A DNA stretch of 64,000 nt from Azolla caroliniana (taxonomy: Eukaryota > Plantae > Polypodiophyta). The notes beneath the pieces are model-generated. The model was not told the origin of the DNA and made no database searches. It saw only the letters and a program-made list of their open reading frames with translations. Position numbers and translations under genes: made by a program. The stretch lies in contig JBHGNT010000017.1 of the NCBI GenBank assembly GCA_043228905.1, positions 13,330,001-13,394,000 on the forward strand, written 5' to 3'. Numbering within the stretch: the stretch's first letter is position 1; every line of letters starts with the position of its first letter. Positions 13,307 through 26,770 of the stretch are shown piece after piece.

Positions 13307-14469
13307 TATTCCGCACAAGGTATTGAATCTCTCTTGTTACTTTGTTTCCTAGGTATGCATAGAGATTATGAAATTTCCTATTTTCCTGCCAAAAACTGGA
13401 CATGTTTAAAGCTCTCACATGATTAGGCCTCTATGATGGGACAAAAGCATCGGAATTCAAGTTTACAATAGGTTAGAAACGACATAATTGGAAGGACATG
13501 TAAATTGTGTAAAAATTGAAGATAGCTCAAATGGTAAGAGTTAACCACTTGAATGATACGGTTAAGGGCTTTAAACCTTTTTAGGCCCAATGAAGGGAAA
13601 ATGTGACTTTTTCCCTATGTGAGTTATAATGCTAGAGTGATGAAAACAACGCGGATATGCCACTATTTTTATCATATCAAGTATAAGAGCTCCAAATGCT
13701 ATGAAATAAACAAGATAGCACATTATCAAGTTTGTAGAAATTGGGATTGGAGCGCCAAGTCTTTGTCGACACATGGATTACCAAGAGATAGAAAATAATG
13801 AGGGTGCTTAAGAGAGTTACGATGACAAAAGGCGATGAGGTTGTAAATGAGTCATACGAAAACTCAAGGATCTTTTCCTTTATACTTCTTTTAATTCAAT
13901 TCATTCTTTATCTTAATTGCTCACATTTTGCATAACAGAAATATTTTGTAAACCCCTTAAAATATTTGATGAATTTGATCTAAACTACAACATTAAATCG
14001 TTATTTCCAAAGAAATTCTTAAACCGTAACTATACATAGTTGCGGTTTGAAATGAGAATCGAGAGATACTTTCTGAATCGGGTACCTTAGCACCAAGTGG
14101 AAATCTACCAATTGTCATTGTTACTCGACGTTGACAATTGAAATCATTGCCAAACCTGCAATCCAACACCAACCCTAGGCTCAATCACATGAGCTAGGAT
14201 AATGCTTCACACTTTCCCCAATTACCCCTCTTGCAACTTTCCTCAACTTTCCTTCTTACTCTCCAATAGACATACATAAATACAAACACGTTTGTAAGTA
14301 TGCATACCTACACATACATACACAAAAATTGGTTAGCCTACACCAACTTTTCTCTCATGCATAAAATGTGGACCTACAAGTGGAACCTCGCCAAATAAGG
14401 AGGAACTCCATGTTGTGAAAGAGAAGAGAAATTATCTCTTGTAGTAGGTGATTTTAGGTTAGAATGTTT

Positions 14470-16453
14470 AATTAGAGGCATAATGGGAGCATGAACAATG
14501 AGAGTGTGAGAAAGAGTGAGTGAGTGAGTGTAACACAACGTACGCACATAGAATTACTTTCTCTACATAACGAATTCAATCTTCAAAACGATATATCAAG
14601 GATACATTTTAGGGTTAAGTTAACCCTTTTGGCTATTTACATTAATAGCCCGCACAATATGTATGTGTCCATTACCATTCACACACTTCAATTTAATACT
14701 CCCCCATAATGGGCATATAATATGTAGTCGACTCAACTCCTCAATGTTGGAATTAGCTTCAAACCCATTTGAGTACACAAAAGTTCATAATTGATCTATT
14801 GGAAGACTTTTGGTCATGGCATCAGATATGTTATTGAGTGTTAGAATCTTGTTGATGACACATTCTGAAACAAAGTGATATTAAAATTCTATACACTTGG
14901 ATACTAAATGATGGATTGGATTCTTCGCAAAGAGGTAGATCCCTAACTATAAATAAACAGGGTCAAGGCCAAATTTAGAACGATCTGCCAAAAGGTGTCA
15001 GCTAGTCAACTATGGTGCTTCTTTAGTTATGCTTTAATCATTGAGGTCATCGTTTACTCTTGAAGTTTGGATCTATACAAGATTGTTGCACTTATGAATT
15101 AGAAGAAATAGGTGGAGATTGATTTCCAACTAACTATCAAAATTTATAAAACTGACCAAGTCAATTGTTTCTAATCGAGGGTTTGTCAAGCCAAATCAAA
15201 TTCTTAAGTCTTGTTTACCAATCAAATATCTGAAGATATAAACTCTTCTTGAGTTGGCTGACTAGATATTCTGAACTAAGTGACGCCAAACCTTCTAGTT
15301 GCTCCATATAAATTTCCTCATCGAGATCACCATGGAGAAAGGTCATTACAAGATCTAGTTGAAGAAGCTCTAAATCCTCGACAACTACTAATTGGAGTAA
15401 GAATCGAATTCACCACTGGTGAAAAAAATCTCATCAAAATCGACTTAGTGTTTTTGTTTAAAGTTACCGTTTGCAATTAACCTAGGCTTATATTAGGGAC
15501 TAGGTCCCATGTGTTATTTTCCCAAATGGATTTCACCTTAGACTTAAAGCTAGTTGCAATTTTACATAAGATGTTGTCATAACTTCTTTGTAGGTGGAAG
15601 GTTCAACTATATGTGTAAAAAATGTCAGGTGAATATCTTTCGGGTGGATTTTCTTGAATCAATGTGGTAGGACCAGACTCATCCGATCATCATTGATGAT
15701 CTCTTCTAAAGTGGTCGGGTGGATGAGAGTTTCTCGAATCAATGTGGTATGACTAGACTCATCCGATCATCATTAGTGATCTCTTCTAAAGTGGTCGGGT
15801 GGATGAGACAGTTTCTTGAATCAATGTGGTAGGACCAGACTCATAAGATCATCATTGATGATCTCTTCTAAAGTGGTCGGTAAGATTAGATTCTTGTCAA
15901 TAAGATATTGTTGATAAGATTTGAATAACAAGATTAGCTTCTTGTCATGTAGCTAATTGGGTATGTTGAGTTGGGCCATCGAGAGAACTAGTCAAATCGG
16001 CACAAGCTACCTGTCGAAATTTGATCGGGCAATGGGTTCCTTTGTGCATTGTCAACTCATTGAATACAATGTACAAAATTTGAGCAATTTGTCTTGACTT
16101 TGGGATCCCACGGTCTATAGTCAATGTTTCCATCAGAATCATTGCCTGAAAGCCATTAGATAGACTAGAGTGCTTCATCATGGCAACAATTCTCTCATGA
16201 ATTATTTGGTTCATTTTTTCAACTAGGTCAGTCTACTTTAGACGTATAGTTTGCCATGAATTCACGTTAAGTACCTCTTTGTTTTCACAACAATGTTCAA
16301 GTTCATCTTATTTACACTCTTCCTCGTTATTGGACCGCAAGTTCATTTGAGCTTTCTATTTGCCTAATTCTCGACCATTGCAAGTCATTCTTGGAAGGTA
16401 GAAAAGATTTGATCTTTGGTTCTCATTGGATAGACTCTCACCTTCCTAGTAGT
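14470..16453 (-). mobile_element. Old degenerate Ty1/copia remnant (INT, RT, RNase H fragments, PPT, probable 3' LTR)
   Basis: Minus-strand remnants: KVRVYPMRTKDQIFSTFQE and MNQIIHERIVAMM (integrase), FAKNPIHH..KCIEF*YHFV..ISDAMTKSLP (RNase H). GGGGGAG PPT at ~14700. The left boundary is approximate. Confidence 0.75.
15651..15880. repeat. ~80-bp tandem repeat x3 inside the copia remnant
   Basis: GAATCAATGTGGTAGGACCAGACTCATCCGATCATC...AAAGTGGTCGG repeated three times. Confidence 0.9.
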
Positions 16454-17124
16454 TGTGAAGTCCATTTTTGTTCGTAACAAAAGATTGTTGCAAATAAGTT
16501 GGATGATAAGATGTCTAAGAATAAAGAGTGATATGAAAGGATCAAGTATTAAAGGAGGAAGGAACTTGAAGGGATATACAGCTAGAGGCGTTTTTCAAAA
16601 GTTGAAAAAAGCAAAAAAAACAAGGAAAAAAAGTAGGAGAAAGCAAGGCATGCATATCAAGATTTAGGTAGAGAAAAAATATCATAACTTCTTCATCCGA
16701 TATCCAAATTTCAAAAGAAAAGATTCATGACAAAGAGAGATTTCCAAAAAATTCTTGTACGACAAATTTGGGATTACGGAGGAGAAATAGTGATATAAAA
16801 AAATGCCTCACATAAACTCGAGGATATTTAGAAAGAAAAGAAAAGAAAAGAAAAAAGCAAGAATAGCGTACTAACCAAAAGACTATAAATAGGAGGGTAA
16901 TCTTAGCCATTCAGAGGGGGGATGAAGAATAGAAGGTCTACAAGAAGTGAGATGAGTTTGGTAGAAGGAGGGAAGTAGGGAAGTCTATTTTTTGTTTAGA
17001 GCCATAGAAAGAAAAAAGTTCTATGTAGTTGAGTTTTTAGTTGGAGTCTAAGAAGCTTTTATTGTTCTCCTATTGTTATAATATTTAACATTCCTTTCTC
17101 TTCCTCTTCTTTTCTATATCTTTT

Positions 17125-20100
17125 TGTCGAGAACTAAACGCTCGTTATGCGCAACGCTCGGCCACAACCGAGCTTAGAATCATACACAGAAAACGGGAAA
17201 AAGTAAGACACACGACACAAAGGAGAGAAGAGTACACAGGATGTTTAACGTGGAAAACCCTGAGAGGGAATAAACCATGGGAGTCCACAGACTCCAAACT
17301 ATCACTATATCACAATGATTACAACAGTGAGCTCACGGAGGCAACGACCTAGCGCTAACGACCTTCACCACAGGCGGCGGTTACAACAGAGGCAACGACC
17401 TCTTTCTCTCTCTCACTCTTTGTACACAGTTACGAGCTCTCTTCTTGCACCAACAAGAATGACAAAAACTATTCCATAAGTTTGCCCTAAGTCATATTTA
17501 TACTAATATGACTTTCCGTCTATTTACAAATATAGGCCCGATGGACTCTCAGAAAACATATTTACGAATATGTTTCTTCATCCGGTGAGCACTCTTCACC
17601 GGTTCTGCACCATCTGGCTCTCCGTAGCCGGGTACTCCTCATCCAGTTTCGGCCGAGGCCGATATTGCTCATCAGCACTGTTCTTCTCTCTTCCCATCCG
17701 AAGGGACCTGTCTCCCAACAAACTCCCCCTTCACTCCGGCATGGGGAAGCTTACTAGTCCGATCCGCTTCCGGCATGCATCCAGCTTGTCGGGTATTAGT
17801 ACTTTGGTCAGCATATCTGCCCCGTTCTCAGCCGTGTGGATCTTAGTCAGCGCAAACTCTTGGTCATCTACTCTTTCCCGGATCTAGTGATACCTTCGCT
17901 GGATATGCTTCATCTGGGAATGGTAGGCTGCATTCTTAGCAAGGTGGATGGCACTTTGACTATCGCAATAGAGCCGGTATTCATCTTGCCGGATATTGAG
18001 CTCTCCGATGAAGTCCTTCATCTATAATATTTCTTTGCCGGCTTCCACAGCCGCCATGTACGCCGCCTCCGTGGTTGACAACGCAACCGTCTACTGCAGC
18101 CTCGACTGCCACGAAACAGCTCCCCCTGCATATGTCATTACATACCCGGATGTAGACAGTCTGGTATCCACATCGGCCGACATGTCCGAATCGGTAAAAC
18201 CGTCAAGTTGAGGTTTTCCGGAGCCGAATCAGACACACATGTTTGAAGTGCCCTTCAAGTACCTGAGTATCCATTTGACCGCGTTCCAATGCTCCTTGCC
18301 GGGATTGCTCATGAACCGGCTCACCACTCCGACTGCATATCCTATATCCGGTCGGGTACACACCATTGCGTACATTAAGCTCCCAACGGCAAAGGCATAT
18401 GGAATCTTCATCATATCTGCCTTCTCTGCTTTCGTCTTTGGGCTTTGCTTACCGGATAACCTGCAGTTTGCCGGAAGTGTCGATCCGATCGGTTTCGCAT
18501 CTGACATGTTGAACTGCTGAAGCACCTTTGTCACGTACTTCTCCTGTGATAGCCACAATTGCTTCATTGACCGGTTCCGGATGATATGCATCCCCAACAT
18601 CTGTCTTGCCGGACCCAAGTCTTTCATTGAGAAGGTCCGGTTGAGAGCCTTCTTTAGCATCCGTATTTTGGCTTGGTCCCGTCCGACGATCAACATGTCG
18701 TCCACGTACAGAAGGAGTATCAGGAAGTCGCCTCCTTCGAACTTCTTCACAAACACGCAGTGATCAGCCTGCGTCTTGTGGTACCCTTGATCGGTCATGA
18801 ACGAGTCGAACTTCCGGTACCATTGCCGGGGGGCCTGCTTCAACCCGTAGAGGCTCTTCTTCAACCGGCAAACCAGGTGCTCCTTCCCATTCTCCACGAA
18901 TCCTTCTTGTTGCTGCATGTAGATCTCCTCTTCGAGGTCGCTGTGAAGGAATGCCGTCTTCACGTCCAGCTGCTCTACCTCGAGGTCCATGCTTGCCGCT
19001 ATACTCAACACCGTCCGGATGGAGGTCATCTTTACTACCGGGGCAAATATCTCGTCGAAGTCCACGCCCTTCTTCTGCTGGAACCCCTTCACCACGATCC
19101 TGGCTTTGTATCTCGGGGGGTTGCCGGCATCTCCCGGTTTCAACTTGTACACCCACTTGTTTCGGAGTGCCCGCTTTCCTTTCGGCAACTCCACCAATTC
19201 GTACATATGGTTCTCATGTAGGGAATCCATCTCATCCTGCATGGCACTTAACCATTTGCGGCTGTGGGTGTCATCCTTCGCTTCTTCGAAGCTTTCTGGC
19301 TCCCCCTCATTGGTTAGCAGCACATGCTCTACATCCGGAAATCTCCGGGGGGCCCTTCTCTCTCTTAGAGGATATCTCCGTCTCTGGGCTTCGGTAACCG
19401 GCTCCTCCATTTGCTCTTCATTTGAATCCGATTCGGGGTCTTGGCCGGTTCCGGTTTCAGCTTCCTCTACTTTTTCTTCTACCGGTTCGGTACCCTCACC
19501 GTAACCGGCTGGTTCCTAGAGTGCTAACTGGTCTCTTGCCGGTTGGGTCTGCTCATCGTAGAATCGATCCTTACCGGTCGACTCGGAGTTCATTATCTTC
19601 TTCTCCAACTCCTAGTCGGCGAGCGTCTTGTCCTCCATGAAGATAATATCTCGACTCCGGAATACCTTCTTGTCGACCAGGTCCCACACTCGGTAGCTGA
19701 ACTCATCGTCGCCATAACCAAGGAATATGCATGGCCGGGTCTTTGGATCTAACTTTCCTCTCTGGTCCTTAGCTACGTGCACGTACGCGAGACACCCGAA
19801 TACCTTCAGATGCTGGTAGGACACTTCCTTACCAGTCCAGACTCTCTGTGGTGTGTCTCCGTCCAAGGGTATTGAGGGTGATCTATTTATCACATATGTC
19901 GCCGTCGACAGTGCCTCAGCCCAAAACTTCTTGGGTAGTTTTGCATGTGCCAACATACTCCGGACCCTCTCCATTATGGTCCGGTTCATCCTCTCGGCCA
20001 GCCCGTTTAGTTCCGGCGTCTTCGGCATGGTAAATTCGAGCCGGATTCCCTTCGAGCGACAGTACTCCTCGAACTGCCCCCGGTTTCACCTCCGTTATCT

Positions 20101-22507
20101 GCTCGAACTGCCTTCAGCTTCCGGCCAGTTTCTCTTTCCACTCTCGCGTGGAGCTCTTTGAAGACGGATAACACCTGATCCTTCGTCTTCAATGGTGTGG
20201 CCCACAACTTCCAGCTGTGGTCATCTATGAACGTCACGAAGTACTGCGATCCGGCATGTGACTTCGTATCCACTTGACATACATCCGTATGCACCAACTC
20301 CAGTGGCGCATTACGTCTCATCGGTGGCCTTGATCGGAAAGAGGTCTAGTTTTGCTTACCGGCCAGACAATCAGTGCACTTCTCCAAGTGCACGTTCTTC
20401 ACTGGAATGAGGTTGTCGTCTGCAAGCCTCTTCATCCCCTTCTCGCTCATGTGACACAGCCTTTTGTGCCACAGCTCACCGGTAGTGTCGGATGCCACGT
20501 TCACTTCCTCCGGACATAACCGGGCATTCATCAGGTATAGTGTGTTTACCTTCCGGGCCCGAGCCACAATAAGGCTCCCTTTGCTGAACTTCATGACACC
20601 GTTCCGGATGCTACCCGTGTAGCCTTCATCATCTAGCCGACCGACTGATATCAGGTTTAGAAGAACCTCCGGAACGTGTCGGACATGCTTCAGCAACATC
20701 TTGCAACCGGTTGGTGTTGTCAACCACACGTCTCCTATGCCGACAATTCGGCATGTCCTTCATTCCCCATCCGGACACAACCATGATCACCGGCTGAGTA
20801 GGATGAGAAGTATTTCCGGTTTAGGGTAAGGTGGAACGACGCTCCGGAGTCGACCACCTAGGTCATCTCGTCGCCGACAAGGTTTATCTCACTCTCCTCG
20901 GTGATGAGCATCAACTCTTCTTCACTTGCTGCGATTGCCGTCGTCCCCTTCCGGTCCATTCCCCTCCGGTCTTTACCGTTCCGTTCCGGTATCCGCTTCG
21001 AATCGGTACTGTTGGAAATGCCGACAGTTCTTTTGGAAGTGTCCCGGCTTGCCGCAATAGAAGCAAGTAGGCCTCCCCCTTGACGTTGACTGTGTCCCCG
21101 ACTTTTCCCGGTTCTGGGGACTACGGTTCCTTTGTCTTCCGCGTTCCGATTCGGTGAGGAGCGCTTTGGAGTTGGAGCTCGTATCCTTATCTTTCTGACG
21201 CGCCTCCTTATCTAGCAAGCTCGAATTTACTCTTGCTAGGGATAACCGTTTCCCTTCCGGCCCGGCGTTGCCCAAGGTGACAACCAACGTCTCCCAGCTA
21301 TCTGGCAGGGAACTGAGCAGGAGTAGTGCTAGTACCTCGTCGGCGAGAGGTACTTCCAATGATGTTGCCTGGTGTATCAGCCCCTGGAAGGCATTCATGT
21401 GCTCCACCATGCTGGAGCCATCTTGGTACTGGAGTCTTACTAGCTTCCGGAAAACCGAAACCTGATTAACAACATTTTTGTTCTGAAACATAATGCCGAT
21501 CTTCTCCCAGAGCTCATGAGCCTTGCTCTCTTCATTGAAGTTGTTGTATAGGCTCATGTCGATGAAGCACCGTATGTAAGCCGTTGTCTTCATGTGCATC
21601 ACCTCCCATATCGTGGCGTCGATTTTGTCCGGTCTCTTGTCCCCAAACTGAACCGGCAACCAAAGATCTTTAACCACGAGCATGTCCCTCATCTTCGACT
21701 TCCATACTGAATAGTTGGAGCCGGTGAGCTTGAACATGCCTCCCAACGAATCGTCCATTTTATGCATCGTTTCGCTTTGATACCACTTGTCGAGAACTAA
21801 ACGCTCGTTATGCGCAACGCTCGGCCATAACCGAGCTTACAATCATACACAGAAAACGAGAAAAAGTAAGACACACGACACAAAGGAGAGAAGAGTACAC
21901 AGGATGTTTAACGTGGAAAACCCTGAGAGGGAATAAACCACGGGAGTCCACAGACTCCAAACTATCACTATATCACAATGATTACAACAGTGAGCTCACG
22001 GAGGCAACGACCTAGCGCTCACGACCTTCGCCACAGGCGGCGGTTACAACAGAGGCAACGACCTCTTTCTCTCTCTCACTCTTTGTACACAGTTACGAGC
22101 TCTCTCTTCTTGCACCAACAAGAATGACAAAAACTATTCCATAAGTTTGCCCTAAGTCATATTTATACTAATATGACTTTCCGGCTATTTACAAATATAG
22201 GCCCGATGGACTCTCAGAAAACATATTTACGAATATGTCTCTTCATCCGGTGAGCACTCTTCACTGGGTCTGCACCATCCGGCTCTCCGTAGCCGGGTAC
22301 TCCTTATCCGGTTCTCACCGGGTCTGCACCATCTGGCTCTCCGTAGCCGGGTACTCCTCATCCGGTTCTCACCGGGTCTGCACCATCCGGTTCTCCGTAG
22401 CCGGGTACTCCTCATCCAGTTTCGGCCTCGGCCTATCGGCCGAGGCCAAGTTTGCTCATCAGCACTGTTCTTCTCTCTTCCCATCCGGAGGGACCTGTCT
22501 CCCAACA
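17125..22507 (-). mobile_element. Full-length Ty1/copia element (family B), inactivated
   Basis: LTRs 17125-17720 and 21788-22507, 5-bp TSD CTTTT on both sides. tRNA-iMet PBS (TGGTATCAAAGC, 21774-21785) and PPT 17721-17734. gag (CFYCGKPGHFQKNC), PR (VVDSGAS), INT, RT (LLYVDDML) and RNase H are present but broken by stops and frameshifts. Confidence 0.97.
17730..21767 (-). pseudogene. copia gag-pol polyprotein (disrupted)
   Basis: ORF pieces 20973-21767, 20346-20729, 20007-20321, 19612-20028 and 18229-19410. Confidence 0.93.
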
Positions 22508-23035
22508 CTTTTCTCTATGTCTCGTCATCATTTTTGGCGCTCTAGGGAGGGCTCCTTCTTTTTGTACCCTAGGGCAAATATGACTTTCGAATTTACTTTC
22601 GCAAGCGATGTCATACAAGATGCAAGAGCTTTTTTGGTTGCTTTTGAACATCATGCAATATCAATAGGAAAGATGACAGATATTGAGAAAAAATTTAAAG
22701 CTAAGTATATTCGATGCGGAAACACGATGGAAGTGCAAGAGGAACTCTTTTGTTTACGAATTTCATCAACTATAGAGTATATTGACTATGAGAGGGAATT
22801 TATTGACCTCTAGACTACATGGATTCGACTACATGGTGGAATGGAGGATGAATGATTTAAGATCGACCATTTCAAAGCGAGATTAAGTCCACACTTTGGA
22901 TTGGAGGCAAATCAAAAGAATCCTACAACTTTCCAAGCGCTTGTCCAAACTTTTCAAGCCTACAATAAAAAAATCCCAGTTCTATGATTGAGAGTAGATT
23001 CAACAGTTGCAACATTTAAATTTCCTATTCTTTAA

Positions 23036-23511
23036 TGTTGAGAAGCAACCTCAACTGAGGCCGGATTAGCTGAAGAAACCGAGAGCCAGATCGGATGAAG
23101 ACCGATCAACTAGGTCCATATCGGTTGAAGAAGCCGGACAGCCGGATCGGTGGGGATCCGGCAGGCTGTTAGAGGCTACGCTCCTATTTTAGTAAATAGG
23201 CATAACCTTAGGAGTTAGTGTTAGATGCTCTTATGTGAGCATTAATGTACTGATGGTACTTGTGTCAGCTCATTGTTAGGGCTTGTATAAAAGTGCTCAC
23301 TGAGCACATTGTGAGTGTTGATTATTTTTTAATCAAGTTTTCTAACTTCTGCTCACTTTATCTCTCTCTCGCTTACTGTGTATCTTCATACACTTTGTTT
23401 CTTCTTTGTTGCTATCTAGCTGAGCTAGCTGTATTCTATGTTTTAGCTTTCGCACGTAATCTTTACATGGTATCAGACTGCGAGGGTTGAGAATCCTCTA
23501 CTGCCAACAAG
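23036..23511 (+). mobile_element. 5' LTR (23036-23467) + tRNA-iMet PBS of a copia family C element
   Basis: TGTTG...CTTTACA followed by TGGTATCAGA. Shares CTTGTATAAAAGTGCTCA..GAGCACATTGT with the LTR at 61979-62408. Confidence 0.9.
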
Positions 23512-23986
23512 TGTTTTAGCAAAGACAAGCTTTTAATTTCCAGGCAAGTATAGAACGAGCACAACTGGTCGGCCACAACCAGACTTACGGTTTAAAACCC
23601 AAACAAAACGAGCACAAAGATTACTTAATTGACACCAAAAGATTGACCCAACAAAGTATGTATTATAACTTTACTACCACAACGTATGATTATATGGCTC
23701 ACGGCTGGTAGACCAACGATATAAGTCCTCTCTCTTATAAAGTGTATACCGATCCATCCCTCTATGCCTCACACCCCCTTCCTACTGTTGTTGCTTGCTT
23801 TTATAGTTTCTGTTTCCTCTCGGCTCTCTAACCACTCCTCCCATTTTCGGCCTCCATTCTCGACTACGCGTATTCTGTTTATCTACCCCCCTTCATGCTC
23901 AGTCGATACTCCTTTTCACCTAGTTTACCTACTTGTTTCTTTAGATTTGTTTCACACTTCATGACCTTTGTCCCACGGATAACACC

Positions 23987-24024
23987 TGGCACGCCTGTGG
24001 GATAGTGCCTTGCATGTCGAACCC
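23987..24024 (+). promoter_or_regulatory. tRNA-Arg-type primer-binding-site-like element, antisense to gag-pol
   Basis: TGGCACGCCTGTGGGA..TCGAACCC, 2 nt from the LTR end. A near-identical 38-nt block sits at 36568-36605. Confidence 0.75.
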
Positions 24025-24107
24025 CAAAGCAAAACTTCCAAAATAGAGATCGAAAAGAATAAAAAAATTGAAATGCAATGTAGCTGAAAAACTTTGCTAG
24101 GGTAGCC

Positions 24108-26513
24108 TCATTCTTCTTCCAAAATTGTGAGAATGTCCTCTGATTGTGGATGTGTCGGTGCAAGAGGTGGCTCTTCATCTGCAAGCTCGTGCACGTGTAA
24201 CTCGGCTAATATATACAACTTTTGGTCTTGAGTCTCCTTTGTGGATTCTAGAATCGTTGCCTCCGGATGTGGTTCGGTGATCAGTGCATCCACTTGCTCA
24301 GTTTCTACTCTCAACCATGGTTCCTCTTCCTCTTTGGGTGCCCGTGCGGCTTCCTTGATTACATTGGTTGTTGATGCCTGTGCGACGACTTCTGCTTCCT
24401 TTTCAACGAGGAGGCGCTCACGTTCATAGGCTTCCGTATCCAGTCTTTGTAGCATCTGATCATCGTTGAATTCCTCAAGGAGATGTCCGATCGTTGTGGT
24501 GCGTGTTTGTGCCAGGGCGTGGAATTCCTCAGTGAGGTCTTTGTAGAGGATTTGGATGTTGTTTTCATCCATCTTGTAGAAACCGCGACCCTCTTTTCTC
24601 CGATTTTCAGCGTCTGCTCGAAAAACCTTTAATTCGGCTGCTTGAGCCGACCATTCAGTCCAGCCGTGAGCGAGTGTCTCCTTGACTTTTTGATTTAGTT
24701 GTATTCGGTGTTTGGGCACTAAGGCTTTGATTCGTGCTTCGCCCATTTCATATTTGGCTCGGAGAATGTTCAAATCTTCTTGAGCTTTCACCGCACCCCG
24801 TTCGAACTTGGCTTTTAGGATCACACACGATGTTGTAAGGTTGGCAAGTTGGGCCTTCAGCTTCTGCATATGCAGGTCGTCGCATCGGAGGAGTCGATCT
24901 GAATTATTGGCTAACTCCTGCATATAATGATATGCTTCTGTGGTTCGAGTTCTAGGGTCATGGAGATTTGCAGCTGGTGAAGGGATTCCGCCAACACCGC
25001 TCGCTGCTTCTTGCTTTCATTTAACTGGTGAAGGAACCGACTTGAGTGGATCTAGTGTTTCGAAAGTTCACTTTTCAAGGAGTCAATTGTACACAGGGGG
25101 TGGTACGGTGAGGAGGTTGGGTTCGCCTATTTCGTGGAGCTGTTGTTGAAGCACAGTTAGGCGGCTTTCCGAGCCCTGCCATAACTCCGTGGCCGTTTTC
25201 TCTTGTTTGCGCGCCTGTTTGCTGCTGACAGCCATATCCTTGGTCATTCGGGTAGCGTTTTCCAATTCTCTGTAAACTTCGACCAACACCGTGTTGAGCT
25301 CTGGTAGCTTGATGCGTGCTCGGCGTTTTTTGGTGTCGCGCCTACGTCTGACTTTCTGTATCTTTGGCTCGTTATCTGATTCGAGCTCGTTGGGTAACAC
25401 CCGCTCGACAATTTGTTGTTCGACATGATCTTGAGCCATTCGAGTCATGACCGCAAACTGGAGGCGAGCAAGGAAGTCGATAAGCTCGTATGTCGTGCCA
25501 TGTTGCAAGATCGCGCCGAGCTCATAAGATTCTGTGGGTAAGTCTTTGAAGGTCATGACCTCTTCTTTCGAAAATCGGAATGTTGCCCTTGCTTGATCTA
25601 TCCGGTGAAGGCCAAAGCCTTGTTGGGAACTACGACGTCTGTCTTTTGTGGTGCGACGACTAGTTGTTGGTCTTCGGTAGTATGTTCCTCGCTTCGTAGT
25701 TGGAGCTAGTGATGCTTCTTGGCGGGGCTCATCTTGGTTATCGCGAATGTCTCTCGGGGCCTCTTAGTTTCCTGCACAGTCGACCGATTATTGTTCGAGG
25801 TGGTATTCTAGGTTCCATCCCAACGGTCAGGGCATCGACTACCCGTTGTGCGTGGGGGTGGGTCTATTGGCATAGAGAGTTGTGGTTTTTCTTGACCCTT
25901 GATGGTGATGTTGTCTGTGGCTTCCTAGGTCTTTGGCTCGGGCATCGGCCGGGGCGAGGTAGGGGTGCGGACTGGTGTGTACGCCTTCCATTCCTCTTGA
26001 GCTCTTTGTCTTTTTGCTTGGGTGGCTGGGGCGGGAAGAGGGAGGGTTCATCGGGGTGTTGTCATGGGGTGGGGAGGGTAACACATAACTACGTAATGTG
26101 CTAAAGCAGGCAAGAACTGTTTTCCTACTTGAAAAGCCGTCAAGATGGCACGAACTCTGTCACCGGTGATGATGCCCCAATTGATGGCACTGTCTCTGTA
26201 GGCCATGATGATGATGCCCCAAATCCAAAAGAATTTTGGCGAGGTCGCCAAAGAACTTTTTAGGCCCACCATGTGTTCGATACACTTTAGTTGACACTGA
26301 GTACTCCCGAAATAGTCTTCAAGATGTTCTGAGGAGGAGCCTCGATGTCATGTTCTCCTCCTCGTTGCAGGCCCAACACCGACCGGATTTGATTGTTGAT
26401 GCACCCGGCATGCGATCTCCTGCGCCTCGAGGTGGGGGAATGCATCGACTACTCGGAGGTATCCACCCAGGTCGTGCCTGGTCTTTGGATACTTCAATCG
26501 GCACGATTGTTTC

Positions 26514-26562
<49 letters not shown>

Positions 26563-26770
26563 AAGGAGACTGGGAGCGAGAAGGAGCTTTTGTGCAAAAA
26601 GTTCGAAGGCTGGAGAGCGTTTAAGGAAAAGGCGAGAGAGGTTGAGGGCTTTGTGGTTTGTGGTTTGTGCGGAAGTGAGTGCTTTGTCTGTGGTGACCCC
26701 CTTTTCGTATGTGCCTCGGTTCGCAAGACGAGGCATTGTGCCCTAGATTTAGAATCTTTCCTGCCATAAT
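24108..26770 (-). pseudogene. ORF3 of gypsy copy 1 (globular N-terminus, Pro-rich linker, coiled-coil C-terminus); frameshifted
   Basis: Fragments 26048-26272, 25083-25556 and 24108-24923 are homologous to 52678-53646 and 51532-52332. Confidence 0.8.
26518..26558. repeat. (AG)n microsatellite within the ORF3 5' region
   Basis: Seen directly. Confidence 0.95.

Larger units (their letters stand above)
16454..23035 (+). mobile_element. Old gypsy-type element 5' end: LTR (16454-22530, split by a copia insertion), PBS-like TGGCGCTCTAGGGAGG (22535), gag remnant
   Basis: TG..CA ends, TATA box CTATAAATAGG ~16883, PBS resembling the tRNA-Asn type TGGCGCTAGAAGGAGG. Gag-like translation YEREFIDL*...FKIDHFKARL...NPTTFQALV. 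Confidence 0.55.
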
